NCBI RefSeq assembly: GCF_964204645.1
Contig: NC_134032.1
Location: 13,008,275-13,072,274, forward strand
Source: Tubulanus polymorphus
Taxonomy: Eukaryota; Animalia; Nemertea
Reading direction: 5' to 3'
Length of the DNA stretch: 64,000 nt
The translations under genes were made by a program, and so were the position numbers. Under the pieces are notes generated by a model. The model worked only from the letters and a program-made list of their open reading frames with translations, did no database searches and had not been told where the DNA came from. The first letter of the stretch is position 1, and each line of letters begins with the position of its first letter. Positions 13,346-26,386 of this stretch are shown one piece after another.

Positions 13346-14505
13346 GTACAGTGTCGTTACGTTCTATCACATCAGTTCTTGCATTTGGAAATGGGTTTCT
13401 CGTATAATATGCCTATACCTATCAGACCAATCGCATCAGTATCCTCTACCTAATATAACATGCACCCCAAACAATAAACAATGACATTGACTTAGCTACT
13501 CCAACCGTACACGGGTCATTTGCTCAAAAGGTTGGTTACAGTTTAACCAGTGGATGAAGTGATAATTTAGAGGGTACCCGACGGTAAACTTAAAGCAACC
13601 TTCTGAGCAACACTGACCCTTTCGCTGATATATCCCGCCAATTTCTTCGGTAAAATTTAGATTAAATGGTATTTTTGTCTCGTTTGACGCCGGCTATGAG
13701 TTCTCTCCTTATTCAATTTATGCCACCATTGCTATAACAAAATATACCTCGTACACCGGTGCTACCACCATTGCGATGAGATATGGCTTATCTTCTCAAT
13801 TTTGTGATCCTACCACCATTGCCTCTGCGCGATATCCCTTATCTCGAACTTCTGGTTCGGTCACGATTGTCCCCCACCTATGGTTGATACGCGTAGCTCT
13901 ACGTCACTTGGATTGACATAATTCCTGCGGGATTGGTTGGTAGAGGTGGCATTTCCTAAGCAAAATGCCTAACTTTGCAATAGCCCCGTTGCCGAATATA
14001 CAAATGTATAGTAGCAACTGGCAAGAATGATCGTTGCAGCGAACATAGTAAAAGATACCGTTTCCTGCAAGGAAACTGTCTTCATAAAAATGTACAGAAA
14101 AATATTCCCGACACATTTCTCACCCTCGCAGTCGCATTGGATAAGAATACGCAAAGCGATGTCCTATGAATACAGAAATCTCTCAAGGATCCCGATGCGA
14201 GAGTGTGTCACTACTTTGTCGTGGGATTGTATCAGTCTGCAGCCTCTGAACCCTGCAACCCCCGTCAAACAGTCATCCTTACTATCTCCCAATTTCTATC
14301 GTTCAGGGTATATCTGACAAATTGTGATCGAAATGATGAACCAAACAATGTCTGAGGGGTGATGGGTTCAAACTGTAGTTTGATACATAAGCTTTCTTAT
14401 ATCGCACGAAACAAAAATCAACCTTCAAAGTTTCCCTCTTCTCCGAAGCCTCTTTGCGAATTTCAAAACTATAACCGATAATTTGCAATGATATGAACAG
14501 TGATA

Positions 14506-14706
14506 CAGGGGCGGATCTAGGGGGAGTTCTGTGGGTCTGGAACTCCGCCATCGAGGTTATCCTTTCACCAGGACGGAACTCATCCTCTCTGAAATGATTT
14601 CGGATGGATTTCTTCAAAAATATCTAGCACCGTGTATGGGATCTGCCTGTGGCCTTTATAGGTGCAGTGGCTGCCTTATCTTTTCATTTTTCTAGATCCG
14701 CTCCTG
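14506..14706. mobile_element. MITE with CAGGGGCGGATCTAG TIRs (relatives at ~30817-31077, 52741)
   Basis: caggggcggatctag ... ctagatccgctcctg, flanked by tgata / tgata. Confidence 0.6.
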
Positions 14707-16644
14707 TGATAGTGTTTGAATAATGCTCTCGGCTGTTTAAATAACGCTTCATGAATTCCAGTTTGTAATCGAATTATTCTCATTTCAGTGGTCCCTATCT
14801 GCAAGCCAAAGAACGAGACAACACCTAATAAAACATGTGTGTAATTAAAGGTTTCGGGTTTCTAGGTTACGGGACAAACAGCGCCGCGCAAGAGTTTTTT
14901 GTTTAGATAATGGGACAATCGTCGCGTGTCGCAGTCGGTTATGTAATCTACGATCCATATTAAACAACAGCTCATTCCACAGTTCGTGGTTACGGTTAAA
15001 TTTACATGTAGTGAAATTTTCAATGTTGGCAGTACATGATTCCGCTTGTGGCAGGTGAGGATCCACCAGGTGCGCTACTGTGCACAAGGATGAGGCATCG
15101 GTGCTGGTTTTCTTCTCTTGATTTTGATCGAGTTGGTGGCGAGTCCTCAATTGGTAAATATTTACTCAGAACCGTGGAATTAGGTCTAGGGATAGCGTCA
15201 GGATAAACCCTAACACACAAACTGTGGAATTGAGTGAAAAAATGGAATTATTGCTACAATGTTTAAACGAAGCTGATCGGAGCCTCTGTGACATGTATAT
15301 GATTGTCTGGGATATTTTTTTCATCTGGTTTTAAGGAACTGTATATAATCTATATGTTCGTAGTGTTTAATCAAGCCTTAATTTTGAGTCACCTGAAAAA
15401 TTAGCTAACGAAAAGTCGTATTGCTTAATTCTAATTCCCAGCTGCCTCTTCCAAATAATTCGTAAGTATACGCATTCCCGTGCGAACATCTCTATCCTTG
15501 CTCGCGTATCGAGGTTTTGAACGTTCATCCGACAAAACTAATTCTAAGCCCAACGTAGGCGTAGGCACTGTGCAAAAACGTTAAAAATCATTACAACCTT
15601 CACAAGCTATCATTTGCGTGCATCATATTCATCTCCGGACAATGTTGAACTCAGTTACGCACACGGCTAGGAATAAGCCCAACGCGCACGATACGGAGAA
15701 ATCCAACATGAAACAATCGAAAGATGTTTAACAAATGAAACATTGGTTGTCCGGCTAAACGATGTAAAACGTGAAACACTTTTACTTTTATGCGTACAAG
15801 TTCTTGTTTCGCGTTTCGCAGAGCGCCACATCAAACAATGTTAGAACATGGCGAAGATGTTTCGCACATGCAGATACTGCGTTGGGCCTTATAAACAGGG
15901 GTTAATGAGAAACCCGAGTGACGCCTACTTCTTTACTCGGTAATAATGAATTCTCTTTATTAGCTGTGTAGAGTAATTGAACTCGTTTATCTTCAGCAAT
16001 AACATCAACTTAGACTGCACTTTATGCGACAAGGATAGCAGTGGTTCTAGCACATCCATTTTTAAGCAGTTTTCTTCATTCAAACTTGTCTGCTTCGGAG
16101 TTATCTCATGTTTTAATTTAGACGTGTATTATTGATTATCTTGATCAGTTTTTATGAGCGATTATTTTCAAGTTTTGGAGATATTTGAAGAGAGATGTAT
16201 CTAACGTATTGATATCTAATTTGAATGCATGTTCGAAGGCCTGGCTACACTACTGTGTTACAGGATTTCACTAATGGCAATCGAGTTGGCCTAATCGCCA
16301 GGGCGTAAGATATCTTCCAGATGCTAAACTTGAATTGAAAAAGAAAGATATTGTTAAGTCAAATCCAAAAACAGCGGGTGTATCTGTAGCAGATCGCCCT
16401 GCTGATCTACGGTGACACGTACAGTCAAGCACGCCATCTGGTGGGATATCTAATCGCACCCTGTTCCTCATTTGCTGTTAGCATTTTCTTCTCGTTTTTG
16501 ATCCATAAAAGATTTTCATATCAAGCACTTGACGGGCACCTTGCACACAGCATCTAGAGCAGCAAAAGGTCTCCGAGTTAAAACTGATGAAAGCCATCAT
16601 GTAACACCTTTTCTTAAGCACAATCTTTTTTAAATGATATTCAT

Positions 16645-16970
16645 CATCCTCCCTGGGCAGGGATTCGAACCTGATGGCATCGCTAGACTTAGCCACGACA
16701 CGAACCGGGTGCACGGGTACATGCGCAGCTTTGCCGCGCGAAAACTTGCGGCACCAATCAGATTGCTCGTTGTATAATCGCTGAGGCAAATTTCAGGGAA
16801 AAACTGAGTGGAAGAACCCGGGTTAAAAGAAAATTGGATTTCTGATTGGCTAATAATGACATCATCTAAGCTGCGCATGAAGCTGCGAGCCCGGGCTAAT
16901 GTGGCAGGGGTTTGTGCCGTGGCCGAATCAAGCGATGCTATCAGTTTCGAATCCCTGCCGGAGGAGGATG
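16645..16970. mobile_element. MITE with tRNA-like ~55-bp TIRs and ~9-bp TSD (Mutator-like), copy 1
   Basis: TIRs CATCCTCCCTGGGCAGGGATTCGAACCTGATGGCATCGCT / AGCGATGCTATCAGTTTCGAATCCCTGCCGGAGGAGGATG. Flanks gatattcat / gacatccat. Confidence 0.75.
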
Positions 16971-18014
16971 GACATCCATATGATTTTGATCGATTCTGTA
17001 AATTAATGATTGGATGATTGTTTCGGCAGTAGAAGCTAATCTTGGAGCATCGGATCGTAAAGCCGAAAATGCGAATGATATAGAGGTTTTTGCACGTTAC
17101 GCCATTTAAGTTTTTTGCCAACCAGTGTTGGAGTCTTTGCCATATATGCATAACGAAAAGATTAATAAAATCTCGAGGGTCTGTCAATGTAAATCATTTA
17201 TTGTGTTTGCCAACCAAATATGGTTTGTGTTCGCCAACTGCAAGACCTCCATAAATATGAATCAGATTTTCGGTTGATGAAAAAGAACTATTACTATAAT
17301 TTTGGGACAGTGTAAATTCGGGAGTTCGAACGCATTGTAGGCCCTCTGGCAAGCGTAAACTGAGTGAAATGCGGCGTACGTTTCTGCAGCAAATTAAAAT
17401 ACATCAGGTCTATCTGGCGTGATCTGTCCCCGCTGTACGGAGTTCGTAATCTTCATCGATTTCTCATCAAATAATCTGGCATTGTCATGGTAACTCTCGG
17501 CCTAAACACATTTAACAACGTGTATAGCATCGGGTTAGAATACACGATGCCCTTTTTTTCTAAATACTTCCTGGCCGTTAATTGAATCGATCTTGATCTT
17601 GTTCTTTTAGGAAAATCGGAAAGCAAATCAAACGAGCAGTATGAATCGGGTATGTATGTATAACTGACCTTACGGAGCGTCTCCCTACCTTCCCATTGAG
17701 ATTGCCCTTAATCCCATACAGCAAAACCGACACTCTAGGAAATTGCATATTTTCGTGAATATTTTTCCATAAAATTTGTTAGCACCGAATAAGTGAGAGT
17801 CGGCCCTTCGAAGCTCTGCTTAATTCGAGGATTGCCAGTTCTGTTTTTTAGACTGACACTGACATTGGAACATCCTTTATAAATATAAAATTTGTTACGA
17901 TTTCTTCTGGGAATAAACTATATATCTTATATTATATTTTGTACCGTGCCATGCGATCGAACCGAATAACTCGGCAAAATCCACCATTTTCCATTTCTAT
18001 AAATGTAATTTCAG

Positions 18015-18181
18015 ATGAATCATCGGGGTCAGGTGACCAGGTTATATTGGACACGTTGATTCAAGTGCCTTCAACTATCAAGCCGCCAACGCCTGGTGTA
18101 AAATTCGATCCGAACCCGGAAGTACGGTCACTTCCGGAAAATAGAAACTTCAACTATGTATATCATAGTAAGCAGCATTGA
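18015..18181 (+). CDS. Candidate shared terminal coding exon of the membrane protein (DESSGSGDQVILDTLIQVPSTIKPPTPGVKFDPNPEVRSLPENRNFNYVYHSKQH*)
   Basis: tttcAG|AT acceptor, phase 1 compatible with both TM exons, open to TGA at 18179-18181. A possible internal donor A|GTAAGC at 18167/18168 means the gene could continue. Confidence 0.5.
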
Positions 18182-19548
18182 CCGCCGTCGCAAATAAAAC
18201 AATACTATGCCATTTAACGATGCTGCCACAACTAAAATTGGAAAATGATTACAACTTTAAGGCTGGAATCTAAACCTACACCGACACGAATATACAACGG
18301 TTGTGGCAATCACACACGGGATGATTCTCTGTCCATCGAAATCGGGAACAGAGTTTAACGATAATGCCAAGAACTTACGTACAATACTAATGTAGCAGCT
18401 ATTCATAATGAATCGTATAGTGCCCGAGTTGGAATCTAAATCTGGAGTTTGCGCCATCGTCCCCCAACGAATCAAAGAACAACCTAGTGGGATTTTAGAC
18501 TGGAGACGGGCTTTGGTCGTAGGTAAATCACGAATATGGCCTGGTCATAGCGTATAAGATCAACCGTTAACGATATTCTTAATCGTCGAACCAGTAGATC
18601 AGATATATACAGAGATCATGCAAAATAGGAGAAACGCAAAGTTTATTGATGCGTAATTTCTACACCATACCACCGCTGAGCTAAGGACAAGATTCGTCGT
18701 CTTTTATTTGTTACTCGCCATGGACAATTATAATCCGACGTGCTTCGAACGACGGACTTGCCCATGCGCCACGATGCGTCGCGTATAGTTTGTGAATGTA
18801 TAAATGATACGTGTATTTTATTTTTTTTGCTAGAATGTAAATATACTTATACTATCCTATACTAATATCGACGCGATCAGATCATATCATAAAAATAATC
18901 TAATATCAAATTACTACTGTAAACGTATTTGCACCACGCGAATTTAAATCGTTCTTCACGTGATAAACTGAATAGATATCTGTCGTCGTCTCCTTTTGTC
19001 GTTTAAACACTAATGACATTTTCTATATATGTGTATAATGTTCATCGTTTTTCCTCTTTAAAAGTGGCCCTTAAATAACGATATAGTCCTGTCTTCTATG
19101 AAGACAAGTGCATCTACGTTTAAGTAGCTGTCTCGGCATAGTAAACTCCGCATAAGGCGTAATACGAATATGTCTCCGATCATCACGAACCGCGTGTTCA
19201 AAGTATTTTGAGTTCACATTTCTTACCTTATTTCATGGCTCCAGAGTTATGATTCAGCATTACGGGGATAAGTGCTTTTGAGCCACCGTCATTGTGTTCT
19301 GCATATAGCTACCCAATTCTTTCCGACAAGTCGCCAGTGGCCGACTGAACAGGGAAGGCAAAATAACAATAATGGTTGATTCAACATGGTCGATTCGATG
19401 TCGTAGTCAATCGGCCCGTCATCCGGCCAAACCTTTGTGCGACGGCCTGTGATGTCATTTACGTCAGATTTCAAGATAAATTCAATAATATAGATTGAGA
19501 ACTTCTAATGTCCAATTCCATAGGTTCTCGCTTAGATTTGACTAGAGA

Positions 19549-19779
19549 TAATAAGATAAAATTCCACTATGTACAAATAAAAAGAATTCTAAAATCGATA
19601 ATTTATTTATTCAAAAAATCTAAAATGTAAAATACACGACGTTTCGATCTCACCCTAGAGATCATCGTCAGGGTGAGATCGAAACGTCGTGTATTTTAAA
19701 TTTTAAATTTTTTGAATAGATAAATTATCGATTTTAAAATTCTTTTAATTTGTACATGGTGGGTTTGTATCTTATTATC
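19549..19779. repeat. ~108-bp-arm inverted repeat centred on a minimal hammerhead ribozyme core (Penelope-like element relic)
   Basis: The arms pair around 19657-19669. The minus strand reads CTGACGA-tgatctc-tagggt-gagatc-GAAAC-GTC. Confidence 0.65.
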
Positions 19780-22700
19780 CGTTAGCCACGTTTGAGTGTG
19801 GTTATCGCGCTACTTGACTAGAGATGTCTTCATCTCTGCAGTTATCGGTCGTTATCTATTTCTTTGATTTCGATGATTCAAATTTTTAACGATGCGTATA
19901 TACGTAAAACCGCTACAGTTTTACCGGCCCTATGTTAAAGAATATTGAAGTCCTACTTTCGCAAGTTGTGGACTTACATATTTTTTCAGATCAAAAGTAT
20001 ACGATTTATTCGGAGTTTACTATATTTCAATTCTCAGTCACGTGACCCGAAGAGCGTGGATTCAAGATTACTTATTTTAGGGCGACAGTGATGTATGGAA
20101 TCGATAATTTCTAAAACTGTATCTGATTCAATTTCTTCTTATTCGAAATCGATATCACAAATATTCGTCTTCCTCTTTGGGTTCCGGGGGTTCGAGTACT
20201 GATGGGATATAGAGCCAGCTTTGACGATGAATTCTGTGAATGTTCGTCGTATATACATATACACATTACCTACATATACATACTGAATTGGTGCTATGTT
20301 CATTTCCTAGGACTCTACTGCATCCCCCGCCAACCTACGTAACGTGTTCTTATGTGAGGCTGACCGATCATCGAAATTCTTCAAATTTGCATCTGGGGCC
20401 AGTTGCACAGTGGCCCTGACTACGTGCCATTATTAGAAATTCAAGAGTAGTTACTTCTCGAAAAATTATCAAAATACTCTCAAAAGCCGGTTGACTTCTA
20501 GTTCATTTATAATTAAACTACTATTTTTCGATGTCAAATCGCGGTGAAAACTACCGCAAAGGGCGACACCAAATTAGTCAGGTCTGAGTTACGACTTAGA
20601 TTAAGACCAGTCTTCTGAGACGATCTTAGCTCTAGGGCACAATCTAGCGACTTTTTTGAACCAGTCGTGATTTAGGACCTCTTTTGGAATTAAATCACGA
20701 CTATGCGGGATCAAGCTTGGCCCGGGTTGTGAAATCTCCAGTAGTGAAATAATCGACGGCCTGGAACCACGACTGTAGCACTTCCTTCAGATGATATTCA
20801 ATGTTATGGTGTGAGTCTTGACGATCAGTGTTTTTGAAAGTGTACTGATAAAAAATGTCTAATGTCTGGTGTTTATATATATATATATAAAAGTTCATTT
20901 TCATTGAATAATACATGCGTGAAGTCCAAATAATCGTAATTTTAGGGAGAAGTGAGTTGAAAATAAACCATCTGTTGTTCGGTCTGTGAGATGATGACGT
21001 ACGGTGTGACGGGTGAATGGACGTATGGTCGCGTCTCGAACGAACATGCCTTAAGATGAAATGTTACATATTTTACGCAAGTTTTCCTCGTCAATCCACG
21101 TGTCACGCTATGTCATTGCAATTTATGTATTCACGCGCGACTCGTCGATGTTCAGGTCTAAGTCGATTTGTCTGTTAGTAAGTGTATTTTCGATGACCCG
21201 CTGTACGAATTCACGCATTTTGCACGATTATTTCTTTTTTATCAATCGTCGGATCGCAACGAAACGTATTCCTTGTTGTCGGTCGAAATATGACATCGAA
21301 TTCAAACTAGCATGGTCGTAGAATGATGATTGAAGCCACGTCATTGATCGAACTCGTTTGCAATGTCGATATTTCTATAGTGTAGTAGGGAAAAATCAGA
21401 AATAATACCTACCAGTGACGTGAGAACGCTACTGCGGCTATCGAGGATTCCGCAGGTTCACAGTCTTCCGAAAAACTAAAAAAAAAAATCAATTATCAAT
21501 GAAAACTATACAAAGAATTAAAGTCAATCTTATACGTATCCTTTTGGCGACACTGTTATATGATCGCTTTTAGATTCAGGAGCCTAAAAATGCAATTCAA
21601 AGTTCACTTGAATAAGACCGCCAAACCGACTGTACGTCGTACCCATAGCGGCGTGTCGGAGGCCCGCAACTCATCGGAGAGTGTCGTGCAAGCCTGGAAA
21701 TGGTTAAAACGCGAAAGAACCTGGATTGTTCACCAGCCTTAGAATTTTGCAACTTTAAAAAAGATGTATATTACCGAAATACATTGTTAACACGAAAGGC
21801 GTTATTTTTGCTTAGATTTGTATCTATTCACAACGAACTGCGATTTATGTTTTTGAAATGTGATTGAACTCTCGATGTGTGCGTTATAATATGCAAATTG
21901 GATGCTAGATGAATTATATAAAACCAATGGAATATCATACTAACTATTATTATGAATTCGGGTCGCGGTTGAAAAGCCACGACGCCGCATTGAAATAAAA
22001 TTATTCTTTCTTAACAGCAAAAACCCGACTGTTTACTTCTCAATGATCGCGGAATGACGCGAATTCACTCACACAGGAGTCCGCCATCGTGGAAGGGGCT
22101 GATCCAGAGCTTATATTGAGGGCTAGCACCCGATGAAAAGGGCAACTATTATGAAAAGAGGCACTTTTCACTTATTATTCAAAATTCATTTCGTTTTAGA
22201 AATGATACTTTTGTTTAGAAGAATTTCAGATGATTGTCTTGTAACCCTAGCCGAATTTCGAATCCGAATTTCTAAATCCGCCCCTGGTGGTTTACGTTCA
22301 CCGGAATGAAGAATGACATAACCGATGAGGATGCAATCAAGACGCAAATTCTGAAGGGACCACAGATTTTCTTGATGAAAGGTTTTCTTAACTTCAGTGA
22401 GAAGATAGGGTATTACGCGACCCAGGCCCCGATAATACCCCCTATAGACCCTCCTAGACGACCGTCTGGAATCGAAGTCTGTCTAAACCGTTAAGTTTGA
22501 AATTTGAATATATACATCTAGACATGACATTCATATTGTGTCATGGTTACGATATAATGTCTGTTTGACTATCATTTTCGTTTACGGTGACCTGATTAAG
22601 ACTTACGACTTCGCAAAACAGGTTTGTAGCGGCGTAAAAGTCTATTCATTTCAGGTTGATTAATGATTGAAATTTTATCAAAATAAGAGGAATGGAATTC

Positions 22701-23161
22701 TTACGTCATGAGTATTGTTGGTTCGAGGTGAAAAGAGAAATCGAGGTCACTGCGGATTCAATGTGGAATTACAAGACAACGTCAGTTGGTCGTCGACTCA
22801 TGTTTGGACTTATAGATATCGTTTGGACGCAAATAATATCGAATGTAATTTTTTCTGAATCATCTTATCATCAACATCTGTAAGTAGGGCACGGGACACG
22901 TATCCAATTGTGCATTTCTTAAACGTTCGAATCAGGAAATAGGGTGTATATATGTGTTTATATACCTTAGGCCTACGTTTAGACACGTTCCGTTGCGGTC
23001 TCTCCCGATTCTGGAATTTTCAATTCTAACGCGTTCGTTTCGACCGGAATGCGTTCTATTCCGGAATAGGGTGATCTGTGACTGGTGGTGGTGAGTTTGC
23101 AATCCGGAATCTGGAATTGCGACATTTACTGAATTGCTGAATCAAGTACACAATTCTGAAA

Positions 23162-24232
23162 ATGCGGAAAATTACTTTAATCGTTTTCATAATTAGTTCT
23201 GGTGTTTTTATTATAATGACTGGATTTATCGCAACCCACTACCGAGGATCTACATCGATACCGAGCCTGCCATCCGTCACGACTCTCATTACCAGCACAT
23301 CTACTGACTCTCTGAAGGAGGTTGATCCCCAACAACGTCCATTCCCCCTAAATCCGCCACCGCTAGAGGTAATACCATTCCCGCAGAATCCATATCCGGT
23401 TATGACCGGCTTGTTTGTCGGTCGAACTGGTAACTTGATGTTCCAATACGCGGGGCTGTATGCTATTTCTAAACACTATGATGTCATGCCGGTCATGCCG
23501 GTCAATTTTGGAATAGCGACAGCTTTCAAATTAACGGCCCCCTCTATAACGCTTAAGAAAAATAGCGTCAAAATCGTGCTCTACGAAAAAGGCGCGTGTA
23601 AATTCGATCCCAGGTTTTTCAATTTAAACATCACCGGTGTGTTCGCCAGCCGTGTCTGGGGTTATTTACAGTCGTGGAAATATTTTCAAAATGAAACCGA
23701 CGAAATTCGTAAACAATTCACGTTCCGAAAACACATAAAAAAGGCCGCCGAAAATTTCGTACAGCGTAGCGCGTACAATCTTTCATTGCTCACTAGCGCC
23801 AAAATTACGACTATCGGCATACATATAAGACGCGGCGATATGACGTTAAAATACTTATCTGAGTACGGCTACGTCATAGTTCCGGTCAGCTATATAAAAA
23901 ATGCGATGGACCGCATGACGTCATTGTACGGTGAAAATCTACTGTTTATTGTTGCGTCAGATGATATTCGGTGGTGTGAGAAAAACGTACCCAGAAAAAA
24001 TGCGAATGTAGTTTTTTCTAAAGCGAAAGACCCGGCTTTAGATCTGGCTATATTGTCCTCGTGCGATCACGTGATCATTTCGACTGGTTCGTTCGGATGG
24101 TGGGCGGCCTGGTTAGCAAATGATCCGACTATATATTACAAGGATTGGCCGCGTAAAAATTCGACACTGGCACGACAGGTCAATCATGAGGATTATTTTC
24201 ATCCACATTGGATCGGCTTAACCGGAAAGTGA
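23162..24232 (+). CDS. Galactoside alpha-1,2-fucosyltransferase (GT11, FUT1/FUT2-like), single coding exon, copy A
   Basis: N-terminal type II TM anchor and Pro/Ser/Thr stem. GT11 motifs GRTGNLMFQYA, GYLQSWKYF, GIHIRRGD, SDDIRWC, DLAILSSCDHVIISTGSFGWWAAWL. Confidence 0.93.
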   Translation: MRKITLIVFIISSGVFIIMTGFIATHYRGSTSIPSLPSVTTLITSTSTDSLKEVDPQQRPFPLNPPPLEVIPFPQNPYPVMTGLFVGRTGNLMFQYAGLYAISKHYDVMPVMPVNFGIATAFKLTAPSITLKKNSVKIVLYEKGACKFDPRFFNLNITGVFASRVWGYLQSWKYFQNETDEIRKQFTFRKHIKKAAENFVQRSAYNLSLLTSAKITTIGIHIRRGDMTLKYLSEYGYVIVPVSYIKNAMDRMTSLYGENLLFIVASDDIRWCEKNVPRKNANVVFSKAKDPALDLAILSSCDHVIISTGSFGWWAAWLANDPTIYYKDWPRKNSTLARQVNHEDYFHPHWIGLTGK

Positions 24233-24899
24233 AAGACGTTTGCGGTTTTGATGGGCGGATCTAGGAATATTGGAGTCCAACCGAATAGAATGTGAATCCC
24301 TCGAACAAAGGAGCCCACGCCGAGTCGCCTCGGTGTTGGATTTACATCCGTAAAAAGATGCTATTTCTGAAATGATGAGTATCAAATGCGCTGGTTGTAA
24401 CGACAATAGCAGAGAGCTCATATACTATGCTCGGCAGCGATCATTCTTCCTGATAAACCGATTCCCCGTTTCCCAGCTTGTATTCAAAGCACACTTCTTC
24501 CAATAAGCCCACTTTGATAGAAATTAATGAGAAGGGTCAATCTTTAAAAACCCTGAGAGGCCAGTGGCGCAAAGAAATGTCATAGAAATTACAGCGTTTC
24601 AAAAAGAAAATGGAATTCGACATAATTCCGATGAAACGACGGATTTCAATTCAGTTATATGGTTTATCTAGTGACAATAGAAGTTATAGTTGCAATGTGC
24701 AGAGACAATAATATTTATAATAATGATAATAAAATAATTGTCATTTAGAAAGCGCCGGCATTTTAGTAATATTCACCATTGTTTTGATTTTAAGTGCCCC
24801 CTAGTTTGTCTCTTTTCATCTGTTAACTGATTTTTTTTGTAATAAAAAAACATCTATCTGTTGTACCAGACCACGTCGATTGTCTGGTGCCGCAAATTA

Positions 24900-25310
24900 G
24901 ATGCCGAAAAACTTAGCACTGTAGATATCGATAGAAACGAACGTATTTGTACATATTGTAGTCTAGGTCTTAACAAAATCCATTTTCTTTTCGAATATTC
25001 CAAACTTAACAATGTACGAAAAACTTTCCTAACACCATTTTATGTAAATAGACACTTTTAAAATGTCACAATTACTTAATGCTTAAAATAACAATATCCT
25101 AATCAAACTCACTAGATTTGTAAACGTTGGCCTCAAGTTATTCAAGGAAATTGTATATTTAAATGTATTATCTCCATTACTATTCTATTCTATCAGTATT
25201 TTTGTTTTCTTGTTTTTAAATTTTGTAAATTATAAATTTCATTGTATAAGTTATTGTAACCTCTATGTACCAATGTTTTGGTTAGAGTGAAATAAACTTT
25301 CAAATTCAAG
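24900..25310 (+). mobile_element. 3' remnant of a non-LTR retrotransposon (CR1/L2-like clade)
   Basis: Degenerate C-terminal Zn-knuckle peptide RNERICTYC...HFLFEYSKLNNVRKTFL, followed by an AT-rich 3'UTR ending aataaactttcaaattcaa. Confidence 0.55.
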
Positions 25311-26386
25311 TGGTTTCAAACGCAAACCAAACGTTCGGCATGGCAGATGACTGGATAGATCTAGGAACGAAGTTGGTAGAATTATTGCGTGACCGGGCCT
25401 GATGTCGCTAGCACATTGTTCAAAAAGGAAAGATAAAGGGTTTTAAAGAAATAGCTTTTCAGCTAAAAATTTATTTCCAAATAATTCAAAATAATGTTTA
25501 CCACTTGACTATCTGAGCCGACGCAGTTACTAGTAATTGGTACCGAGGGAAGCAACTGGGCGGATCTCGTATCCCGCTAGTCGGCCTCAGTAGCTGGGAA
25601 TTGGAGCGCTGGGCTGCGATCTCGGTCGCTCGCAGTTGAGTGTGTATAGGAGTCGGTAGGCGTTGCGTCGCTTGTCGGCATAAGCCAGCCTTAACAGTGC
25701 TTGCTCCATATTAACTTAAAATTTGAATAAATCTTGAAGTGACATTTTTACCGTCGTGTCTGTTTGAGAATAGTTTCACTTTCGCTTTTAATCATTATCA
25801 GAACATCGGTAATCTGCTTAGACCCGTGTTCCCGCGAAAACAGGTTTGTAGCGACGAAGACGTCTGTGCATTTAAGAGAGCAGATCTATACATTCGCTGT
25901 GAAAAATTTATGTTCAAAAGTAAAATAAATCAAAAAGAAAAGGGGAAGGAATTTAGGTACGTTTCGCGTGGTAGATCACTACGTGTTCAATGCGTATATC
26001 CACAACACAGTTGGTCGTCAACTCATGTTTGGACTTCGCAAAAAATATCGGATTTAGTTTTTTCTGAACCATTTTATTATTAAAGTCTGTGAATAGGGCA
26101 CGGGACACGTATTCAATTGTGGATTTCTTGAACGTTCGAATCAGGAAGTATAAGGTGTATAGAATATGCTTAGACGTCGTAGGCCAGCAGCCTTCGTTTA
26201 GACACGTTTCGATGTGGTCTCTTTCGATTCTGGAATATTCAATTCTGACGCGTTCGTTTCGACTGGAATACGCTCTGAATATTACGGAATGGCGTAATCT
26301 GTGACTGGCGGTGCTGAGTTTATAATCCGGATTCCTTCGGACAAAAGTCATAACTTTTTACTGGATCGCTGACCACAGCCCGAATC

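Noticed and set aside
16478-17187. ORFs of 103-185 aa
   Set aside because: They overlap the non-coding tRNA-TIR MITE and show no protein motifs.
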